A DNA stretch of 64,000 nucleotides from Nitrosomonas sp. (lineage in GTDB: Bacteria > Pseudomonadota > Gammaproteobacteria > Burkholderiales > Nitrosomonadaceae). The position numbers and the translations under genes were made by a program. The stretch is taken from positions 3,583-67,582 of the forward strand of contig JAAEXZ010000001.1 in NCBI GenBank assembly GCA_017879645.1, in the 5' to 3' direction. The notes beneath the pieces are model-generated. The model did no database searches. It had not been told where the DNA came from and worked only from the letters and a program-made list of their open reading frames with translations. This document shows, piece after piece, positions 48,807 through 56,959 of this stretch (within the stretch, counting starts at the first letter, position 1; the number at the start of each line of letters is the position of its first letter).

Positions 48807-49337
48807 ATGCTAGAACCCCGTTTTATATCGTTTCATTTCCATTTTCCTCAGTTTGTTCGTATCGGGCAAAAGAAAGTGGTTTTTTTCCAGCGGGCATTTA
48901 CGGTCATTGAATTGATGGTGACTTTGGCGATAGTTGGAGTGATTGCTACGATTGCCGCACCAGCCTATGAAAATTACCGGGACCGTATCGATAACGCAAA
49001 AGCCGTTGCGGACATCAAGACAATCGAAGGTAAGTTGGAAAGCTATTATGGCAACAATAACCGATATCCACCTTCGTTGACTGAAGCCGGGGCCAACAAT
49101 ATTCTGGATCCTTGGGGAAATCCTTATCAATACATGAACCTGTCCGATCCTGGTATTAAAAATGTGACAGGTAAGGCGCGTAAGGACCATAACCTGCACC
49201 CCATTAATTCCGATTTCGATTTGTACAGTCAGGGCAAAGACGGCAAAAGTGTATCGCCTTTAACAGCCTCGCCAAGTCGTGACGATATTATCAGAGCCAA
49301 TAATGGCAGATATATCGGTCTTGCATCCGGATATTGA
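48807..49337 (+). CDS. GspG-like type II secretion pseudopilin (orphan)
   Basis: Prepilin N-terminus FTVIELMVTLAIVGVIATIAAP and the GspG-type body DPWGNPYQY...DLYSQGKDG. The residue before F is Ala, not Gly. A GTG at 48876 would give a normal short leader (MVFFQRA/FTVIE). Confidence 0.75.
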   Translation: MLEPRFISFHFHFPQFVRIGQKKVVFFQRAFTVIELMVTLAIVGVIATIAAPAYENYRDRIDNAKAVADIKTIEGKLESYYGNNNRYPPSLTEAGANNILDPWGNPYQYMNLSDPGIKNVTGKARKDHNLHPINSDFDLYSQGKDGKSVSPLTASPSRDDIIRANNGRYIGLASGY

Positions 49338-49349
49338 TCGCCCATCGGA

Positions 49350-52160
49350 ATGAAGCTTGAAACGAAATTTATGCGTAGCCGGGTTGCCCGGCGCATGCTA
49401 CTTTTCTTTGTTATCTCTGCATTCATTCCAGTATTGTTCTTGGCTGTCCTGTCTTATTGGGAATCTAACCAGCAATTGACCAGACAAGCGCAAACCCGTC
49501 TGGATGCGGTCAGCAAGATTTATCAAACTTCGATTTATGACCGGTTGCTGCTACTGGATCGGGCGTTGATCGAAGTTTCGCAACAACTGACTGAAAACGA
49601 ATTGCCCAATGACATGCAGGTGCAACTACAGGATAAATTTCGTCATCTCGCACTGCAATTTTCTGATGGCAAATTCCTGACCCTGCTAGGGCAAGATATG
49701 CCCGTCACGTCACTGAGTTCCGCGGCATTGCAGCATTTGCAGCACGGCCAACCCTTGCTCGTCACGCAGCGAATGGATTCCGATATCCGAATATTTGTTT
49801 TGCGTGCTCAATCGTTATCCACAGATCAGTCTGTCATCATCCGTGCAGAAATCATTCCGGAATTTTTATGGGGAAATCCTGAAGATTTTGTACTGGATAA
49901 TAATTTATGTATATTCAATGAGCTAAACATTAATCTGTTTTGTACCAACGTGCCAATTTATCCGGTGCTAGAGGATCTACAGGAAAAGACCCGCGCAACC
50001 AAAGGCAATCTGTATTGGCAGCATCAAGGCGAAAACTTTATCGCCAGTTATCATGAAATTTTCTTGCAGGCAAAGTTTATGACGCCGCGCTGGGTCGTGC
50101 TGGCATCGCAACCGGAAATGGAAGCGCTGCATGCGCTGAAGCAATTTAATACCATTTTCTGGGGCAGCGTAATTTTGTCCATTTTACTCATTCTGTTGTT
50201 GAGCATGACGCAGATTCGTCGTGTCCTCGTGCCGCTCGAACAATTGATCGATGGTACTCGCCGTTTGAGTGGCCGCGATTTCACTGCCAAAGTGTCTGTC
50301 TCCAGCACTGATGAATTCGGTGAACTGGCTTCTTCATTCAATGCGATGAGCGACAGGTTGGGTTATCAGTTTGAAACACTGGAGGCGCTTGCAAAGATTG
50401 ACCGTGATATTTTGTCATCGCTCGATATGGACAGTATCGCGACAGATGTTTTGAGTCACCTCAAGAAATTGACGGGCGCGGAGTTTGGCAGTATTTCTGT
50501 CATGAATGCCAAATCTTCCTTGTCAATGCATACTGTTGTCAGTAATGGTTCGGCGGACAAACCGACTGTTACGACGGATGTCTTGCTGGAGAACACACAT
50601 GCTCTGCTGATACAGCATCAACGGGGTATCTGGGTAGATCATCAGCTTATCAAACAACAGATTAAAGAATATACAACAGCAGTCAGATATTTCTTTTTGT
50701 TTCCATTGAACTGGAAAGAGCAGATGGTGGGGTTTATCGCCTTGGGATGCCAGAACAGACAACATTGGGTAGAGGATGAGAACCAGTTGATTCAGGATTA
50801 TGCCGATCGGATTGCGGTGGCACTTTTTACTCGAAACCGGGAAGAAATGCTTATTCGTCAGGCGAGAATCGATGCGTTGACAGGTTTGCCCAACCGGTTT
50901 TTGTTCGTTGAACAACTGCAAAAGGAGATTGCCAAAGCGCATCGTACAACGGCAAGGTTTGCGGTGTTTTATATCGATCTGGATCGCTTCAAGAAAATCA
51001 ATGATAGTCTCGGTCATTCGATCGGGGACAAGTTACTATGCGATGCGGGTCGGCGTTTGCAACACTGCGTACGCGAGAGCGATATGGTTGCCCGGCTGGG
51101 TGGCGATGAGTTTGCCGTTCTGGTCAATCCAGTTGAGCATGAACACATCGCTACCCGGATAGCTGACGATATCGTTCAGTCATTGACCAAACCTTTTTTT
51201 CTCGATGGTGATGACAATGTGGTTGGGGCTAGTATCGGCATAGCCCTGTTTCCCAGTGACGGTGAAAGCGTCGAAGAACTGATGCGCAATTCGGATATTG
51301 CCATGTACCGTGCCAAAGCAAACAGTGGCAATCGCTATATCTTTTTTGAAGAAAGCATGAATTCGGAAGTAATCAGGCGTGCCAATACTGAAAGAGAATT
51401 AAGGAAAGCCATTGCCGAAAAACAATTCGTCTTGCACTATCAGCCGCAGATCGATCCCAAAACAAATCTACCTCGGGGTGTCGAAACCCTGGTGCGCTGG
51501 AATCATCCCCGGTTGGGATTGATTTCTCCGGCTTCATTTATCCCGATTGCAGAAGAAGCCGGACTGATCGTCGATATCGGATATTTTATTCTGCACGAAG
51601 CTTGTGCGCAGTATCGTGCGTGGTGTGATCAGGGAATCGTATTGGATTATGTCGCTGTTAATGTTTCAGTCGAGCAATTCAGTCATGCTCATTTTGTGCA
51701 ATCGGTTGAGGCAGCGCTTAGAAACAATGACATGCCGGCGCATTGCCTGGAGCTGGAAATAACGGAAAGTGTACTGATGAACGATACAACGGTTGTACTC
51801 GAGGTTTTGCATCGATTGCGGCAAATGGGTATACAACTTTCGATTGATGATTTTGGAACCGGGTATTCATCCTTATCCTATCTCGAGCAACTGCCTTTTG
51901 ACACGCTGAAGATCGACATATCGTTTGTCAATAAAATTCAGGATGATCGCAGTGGTGGTACGATTGCGGCCACGATAGCTGCCATGGCGCATACATTGGG
52001 TAAGAAAGTCGTTGCAGAAGGTGTCGAAACCCAGGCACAACTGGACTTTTTGCGAAATCATGACTGTGAATTGATACAGGGTTTTTATTTCAGCCGGCCA
52101 TTGCCAGCCTGCGAGCTCGCCGCTTTCGTGAGTTCGAAGCGTGTTTGTCACAAGGACTGA
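49350..52160 (+). CDS. Periplasmic-sensor / HAMP / GAF-like / GGDEF / EAL signalling protein
   Basis: TM1, an extracytoplasmic domain of about 230 aa, TM2, HAMP (DEFGELASSFNAMSDRL), intact RLGGDEFAVL, and an EAL domain with ETLVRW, DDFGTGYSSLSYL and KIDISF. 936 aa. It starts 12 nt after the pseudopilin stop. Confidence 0.88.
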   Translation: MKLETKFMRSRVARRMLLFFVISAFIPVLFLAVLSYWESNQQLTRQAQTRLDAVSKIYQTSIYDRLLLLDRALIEVSQQLTENELPNDMQVQLQDKFRHLALQFSDGKFLTLLGQDMPVTSLSSAALQHLQHGQPLLVTQRMDSDIRIFVLRAQSLSTDQSVIIRAEIIPEFLWGNPEDFVLDNNLCIFNELNINLFCTNVPIYPVLEDLQEKTRATKGNLYWQHQGENFIASYHEIFLQAKFMTPRWVVLASQPEMEALHALKQFNTIFWGSVILSILLILLLSMTQIRRVLVPLEQLIDGTRRLSGRDFTAKVSVSSTDEFGELASSFNAMSDRLGYQFETLEALAKIDRDILSSLDMDSIATDVLSHLKKLTGAEFGSISVMNAKSSLSMHTVVSNGSADKPTVTTDVLLENTHALLIQHQRGIWVDHQLIKQQIKEYTTAVRYFFLFPLNWKEQMVGFIALGCQNRQHWVEDENQLIQDYADRIAVALFTRNREEMLIRQARIDALTGLPNRFLFVEQLQKEIAKAHRTTARFAVFYIDLDRFKKINDSLGHSIGDKLLCDAGRRLQHCVRESDMVARLGGDEFAVLVNPVEHEHIATRIADDIVQSLTKPFFLDGDDNVVGASIGIALFPSDGESVEELMRNSDIAMYRAKANSGNRYIFFEESMNSEVIRRANTERELRKAIAEKQFVLHYQPQIDPKTNLPRGVETLVRWNHPRLGLISPASFIPIAEEAGLIVDIGYFILHEACAQYRAWCDQGIVLDYVAVNVSVEQFSHAHFVQSVEAALRNNDMPAHCLELEITESVLMNDTTVVLEVLHRLRQMGIQLSIDDFGTGYSSLSYLEQLPFDTLKIDISFVNKIQDDRSGGTIAATIAAMAHTLGKKVVAEGVETQAQLDFLRNHDCELIQGFYFSRPLPACELAAFVSSKRVCHKD

Positions 52161-52609
52161 GAAGACGGATATCGATCCGGATTGAATCAAGTTTTCTCAA
52201 CCCAATCATTGGTTCATTATTGATTATTTCTGCAATCAATTGTCGATAACTGTCGTTATCAGATTGCTTGTTACACTAGCTCTCATGATTAAATCTTTGT
52301 GATAATTTGAAGCTGCTCGCAAAAGTCGAATCGATTTTACATAAAGATATTGTGAAGTTATTTGTTGCTGTTTCATTTTTGTTGCGATATGATTGGCGCC
52401 GGAAACAGCGCTTATTACCGTCAAAATGACTGATGAGCATCCCGAGGAAGTTCTGAATAAATATCTACGCAAGCGAGTCACTGTGTATTAGGTAGTGCTC
52501 GATTTTTTTTATCCTATCCATTTTGTTTCCCAGGCACCGTTAGCCTTTTGCGTCATCTCACTCTGCGATTTATTCGGGATTCCTTTTCTATATTAAAGGA
52601 GCCTTTCAT

Positions 52610-53773
52610 ATGCAACATATGCAAAATCAGAATATTATTTCGTCTCAAAAAAATAAATCAGACAACACAAATAATATTCCTAGCCGTACTATAAAACGTG
52701 GATTAATGCCTGTAGTACTCGCCTTTATCGTAGGCATGGCATTGATTCCCTGGAAACTAGGGCATGCAGCTACTACCAATCCCATTAAATGGCACCCTGG
52801 TCACTATAGTATTCTAGTCGGTGATCCCAACAATCCGAGATTGATGAATGAAGTTTACAATGAGCTGACTGAAACCCCGGCTTTGCGAGGTGTTGTTCTT
52901 CGGTACGAATGGTCAGAACTGGAGAAATCCCCTGGTGTCTACAATTTTCAATCCATTGATGCGCGCCTTAAGGAGTTGACTGCAAAAAAGAAGCGACTCA
53001 TTATCCTCCTGGAAGCAAAGTCTTTTGATAAATCTAAGATTGTTCCCAGTTATTTACTGACTGCAAAATACGATGGCGGTGTATTTCCAATCGGCAAATA
53101 TGGTAGTAGCGCCGTAAATGGTTATAACCTCAAGCTCTGGAACAACGCTGTAAAAGAGCGTGTGGCGGCACTCATTACCGCATTGGGAAAACGTTATGAT
53201 TCAAATCCTAACTTTGAAGGTTTTGGATTGCAGGAGACTGCATTTGGCGATCCGGTCAAACCGGTTACCAATGCTCAGGTCGATGGTTATTATAAAAACT
53301 TAACTGCACTGAACAAACATATGCGGGCACAGTTTCCGCATACTATGGTTTTTCAGTATACCAATTACCCACGTCCTGAAATTAAGCCAATTATCGATAA
53401 TCTGAAGGCAACAGGTGGAACGCTTGCTGCAACAGATATCTTCTTGGATGATCCAGGCCTTAACTATAAAGGTACACCAGCTGGCGTTTATAGCTATTTT
53501 TCTAAAAATGCTGGTGCCATGCCATTAGCCGCTCAAATCGAAAGACCTAATTATCTTGATACTCGGCATGATGGTAATGGCTTCAAACCAACGGTTGCGC
53601 AGTTATTGAATTTTGCTCGCGATAACTTGCATGTCAATTATCTTTTCTGGACAAGAACACCGGAAATTTTCCCCAAAGTACTGGAAGTGCTGAGAGGAAA
53701 AGCCCAGAAAGCCACACCTTCGGGTGGATTGCCTGCCGGATGTCCTAAGAGCTATAAATCCTGCACGAATTAA
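52610..53773 (+). CDS. Secreted uncharacterised protein, paralogue 3 of 3
   Basis: AAGGAG RBS and signal peptide ending GHA/A. Same conserved blocks (IKWHPGHY, RGVVLRYEWSELE, LIILLEAKSF, FEGFGLQETAFG, NYLFWTR, terminal CPKSYKSCTN). Confidence 0.85.
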   Translation: MQHMQNQNIISSQKNKSDNTNNIPSRTIKRGLMPVVLAFIVGMALIPWKLGHAATTNPIKWHPGHYSILVGDPNNPRLMNEVYNELTETPALRGVVLRYEWSELEKSPGVYNFQSIDARLKELTAKKKRLIILLEAKSFDKSKIVPSYLLTAKYDGGVFPIGKYGSSAVNGYNLKLWNNAVKERVAALITALGKRYDSNPNFEGFGLQETAFGDPVKPVTNAQVDGYYKNLTALNKHMRAQFPHTMVFQYTNYPRPEIKPIIDNLKATGGTLAATDIFLDDPGLNYKGTPAGVYSYFSKNAGAMPLAAQIERPNYLDTRHDGNGFKPTVAQLLNFARDNLHVNYLFWTRTPEIFPKVLEVLRGKAQKATPSGGLPAGCPKSYKSCTN

Positions 53774-53934
53774 GAAGCTTGTCAATTTAGACTGAGCCAA
53801 AGTCATGGCGACACGGTCTTCGGTTCAGTTCCTACTGATCTGAGGAGCAGGCTTTGGCTCAGTGTGGAAACGTTTTGTCGCGATAGTCCAAGTGATTTAG
53901 AATGGGTGCTTGATCGGTCGATTAATTTAAGAAA

Positions 53935-54714
53935 ATGGAAAATTACGAAGCGCTTCTGGCAACATTGGCATTAATGATGGGAACCTCCTGGGCCAGCGGT
54001 ATCAATCTGTATGCCGTATTGCTGGTACTCGGATGGGGTAGTGCGGCAGGGCATATCACTTTGCCCGAAGAGTTAGCGGTATTACAGGATCCTTTGGTGA
54101 TTGGTGCGGCAGGCGTAATGTATTTTGTCGAGTTTTTTGTCGACAAGATCCCCGGTGTCGATTCGCTGTGGGATTCCATTCATACGTTTATCCGAATTCC
54201 TGCGGGTGCCATGCTGGCAGCCGGTACGGTAGGTGACGTGACGCCGGCTCTGGAAATTGCAGCAGGCATTCTGGGTGGTGGGGTGGCGGCTACCAGTCAT
54301 GCTACTAAAGCGGGTACGCGCCTTTTTCTGAATACATCGCCCGAACCTTTTACCAACTGGTCTGCTTCACTGACAGGCGATGTTCTTGTTCTATCTGGGT
54401 TATGGACGGCCCTGAAACATCCTGAACTGTTTCTGGTGTTGTTTGTCATTTTCTTGGGAATTGCAATCTGGTTATTACCGAAACTCTGGCGTTTTGTAAA
54501 AATCGTGTTTTTCAAGATTGGAAAGATTCTGGGCTTTAAACAGGATACGTCCAATACGGTTGATGCAGCAGGGTATCATCTGATTCCCGATTCTGCTCAG
54601 GATAAGCAAATCACGGCCCTGGAACGATTGCAGCGACTTAGGGATCAAGGCATGCTCACTGACGAAGAGTTCATGGAACAGAAAAAGCAGATCCTGAAAG
54701 CAAGAAGCGAATGA
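53935..54714 (+). CDS. DUF4126-like membrane protein with C-terminal SHOCT domain
   Basis: Gly/Ala-rich multi-TM body, then LERLQRLRDQGMLTDEEFMEQKKQIL (SHOCT-type short C-terminal helix pair). Confidence 0.6.
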   Translation: MENYEALLATLALMMGTSWASGINLYAVLLVLGWGSAAGHITLPEELAVLQDPLVIGAAGVMYFVEFFVDKIPGVDSLWDSIHTFIRIPAGAMLAAGTVGDVTPALEIAAGILGGGVAATSHATKAGTRLFLNTSPEPFTNWSASLTGDVLVLSGLWTALKHPELFLVLFVIFLGIAIWLLPKLWRFVKIVFFKIGKILGFKQDTSNTVDAAGYHLIPDSAQDKQITALERLQRLRDQGMLTDEEFMEQKKQILKARSE

Positions 54715-54727
54715 TTTTCTGATTATT

Positions 54728-55741
54728 TCAGCTTAATTGCTGAAGCCTTTTTAGAATGACGGTTTGTAGCTCGGTATTGATCCACGCATCTCTGGGTAAA
54801 GCCCACACTGTATTTGTCGCAAAACCTTGACATAGCAATGCGTTATCTTCCGGCATGAGGATGATCTCAGCCTCCGGGAATTGCTGTATATCGGCTGGTG
54901 TGAACGCATGATTTTCCGGGAAAGTACGCAGTTGGGTATTCAAACCGAAAAATTGAATCAGATTGTACATCCATAAAGCGTTGTCTTCTGTTGCAATAGC
55001 TTGAAGGCGCTTGTTCTTGAATCCGGTAATGGGTTGCCGGGTTGTCGATTCAAAGATGGGATAGGCTGTATTGTTCAGCAGTTTCATATTGAATGATTTT
55101 CTCCAATTTGACGTATCGACAAATCGCTGTGACCTATCGTTGGTGACGACAATGTCAGTTTTTTCCAATTGCTTGATGTCGAAACGCAATGGACCGGCAG
55201 GGAGGCATAATCCGTTGCCAAAGCTGTGTTCAGAGAAATCGGCGACGACAATCTCAAGATCGCGCTCGAGACGGAAGCAATTCACTCCGCCATCTTGAAT
55301 GATGATATTGCAATGTGAGTGAGCAGCCAGCAATGATTGGGCCGTTGTGATTCGATCGCTGCCGATCCAAACCGGGCAAGATTCACCACAATGGCGTGCC
55401 AATAGGAAGGTTTTGGCTCCCACTACATTCGGGTCGCAATCTATAGTGATCTGACGAGGCTTTCCGGGATGATCGGTACTGCCTTGCGTGATGACTGCGG
55501 GGTGATAGCCTTGCTTGAGCAAATACTGAACCAGCCATTCGATCAGGGAAGATTTGCCACTATCTTCGATGGAAATACTATCCACAACAATGACGGGTAC
55601 GGTAAGTTTGACTGTGGGTAGGATGTCAAGCCAGTAGCAGAATTTCTGTAATCGCAGGAAAAAGCCATAAATAATGCTCAGCGGCCACAATAAAAAATGC
55701 AGGGGAGTGATACGATGCCAGTAGAGATCAGATAACTTCAT
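54728..55741 (-). CDS. LpxK-like protein (tetraacyldisaccharide 4'-kinase fold) with divergent catalytic motifs
   Basis: LpxK architecture is recognisable (N-terminal helix LLWPLSIIYG, VPVIVV..., FGNGLCLPAGPLR). However, GNxTxGGxGKTP reads DSISIEDSGKSS, SRGYG reads TQGST, GDEP reads GAKT, and DDGxQH reads QDGGVNC. Confidence 0.6.
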   Translation of the reverse strand: MKLSDLYWHRITPLHFLLWPLSIIYGFFLRLQKFCYWLDILPTVKLTVPVIVVDSISIEDSGKSSLIEWLVQYLLKQGYHPAVITQGSTDHPGKPRQITIDCDPNVVGAKTFLLARHCGESCPVWIGSDRITTAQSLLAAHSHCNIIIQDGGVNCFRLERDLEIVVADFSEHSFGNGLCLPAGPLRFDIKQLEKTDIVVTNDRSQRFVDTSNWRKSFNMKLLNNTAYPIFESTTRQPITGFKNKRLQAIATEDNALWMYNLIQFFGLNTQLRTFPENHAFTPADIQQFPEAEIILMPEDNALLCQGFATNTVWALPRDAWINTELQTVILKRLQQLS

Positions 55742-56018
55742 GCTTGATTCCTTTGCACAAGATGCTGATAGATAATGGTTTGTTGAGTGTATTCCAGGAT
55801 ACTGGAAAGTATAAAACTCAAGCTGTAAACAGTATACGCAACGATCCAGATCTTGGAAAAGGAGAATAAAAACATTTTATGGTTTTATTAAGTGAAATTG
55901 GGGTGAATGCTACATAGTTTGAATAATGCCATCGCTTATGAAATACTCTTGGGGGTCTTGATGGTTCGCTCGGAGCGAGCCGATTTAATTGCCACCCTTA
56001 TTATCAAGAAAATAAACA

Positions 56019-56909
56019 ATGAAAATCCCCGTCAAGAGATTGTTGGTTCCTACACCTTCCTGTGATGGCAGACAGAAAGCTCCTCGTTATATTGCTTACA
56101 CAGATTGGGGCGATATTCATAACCCGCATGTGGTCATCTGTGTGCACGGATTGACACGAAATTGCCGTGATTTCGATTATCTTGCCCGCGCCCTGGAAAA
56201 GGATTGTCGTGTGATTTCAATGGATATCGTGGGGCGTGGTCAAAGTGACTGGCTGGAGCAGGCCAGTGATTATGATTACTATCCGTTGTATCTTTCCGAT
56301 GCCATGAGTTTGTTAGCGCACCTGAAATCCCAGTATCAGATACCGATCAAGCTGGATTGGGTTGGCATTTCCTTGGGAGGATTGATCGGAATGATCCTGG
56401 CCATACAACCCAATCTTCCCGTGCCCCTCCACAAATTGATCATGAGTGATATAGGTCCCCTGATACCTGCCACGGCCTTGAAACGGATTGCCGATTATGT
56501 GGGCCGGGATCTGCGTTTCAACCGTTTTGATGAATTCAAGCAGTATATGAAGTCGATTTCAGTTTCGTTCGGTCCCCTTACTGAGGAACAGTGGGAGCAT
56601 ATGGCCATACACAGTGCGCGCGAATACGATGATGGTAGTATCGGCTTTCGCTACGATCCCAAAATTGCAATCAGTTTCAAGCAACACGAGATTACCGATA
56701 TCGATTTATGGCAGCAATGGGACCAGTTAAAAGTGCCGACTCTGGTCCTGCGAGGAACGGAATCAGATATTCTGTCTGTGGAAACGGCGATGCAGATGCA
56801 AATTCGTGGTGTAAAAGCCAAAATTGTGGAACTGTCTGGAATAGGGCATGCGCCTATGCTAATGGATCAGCAGCAGATAGGCACTGTGCGGGATTTTATT
56901 CTGGGTTAA
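56019..56909 (+). CDS. Alpha/beta-fold hydrolase
   Basis: Oxyanion region VICVHGLTRN, nucleophile elbow GISLGG, C-terminal GIGHAPM (catalytic His). 296 aa. Confidence 0.8.
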   Translation: MKIPVKRLLVPTPSCDGRQKAPRYIAYTDWGDIHNPHVVICVHGLTRNCRDFDYLARALEKDCRVISMDIVGRGQSDWLEQASDYDYYPLYLSDAMSLLAHLKSQYQIPIKLDWVGISLGGLIGMILAIQPNLPVPLHKLIMSDIGPLIPATALKRIADYVGRDLRFNRFDEFKQYMKSISVSFGPLTEEQWEHMAIHSAREYDDGSIGFRYDPKIAISFKQHEITDIDLWQQWDQLKVPTLVLRGTESDILSVETAMQMQIRGVKAKIVELSGIGHAPMLMDQQQIGTVRDFILG

Positions 56910-56959
56910 GCCCCCCTAAAAAAATGGCAGCCTGGGGCTGCCATTTTTTTTGTTGAAAC

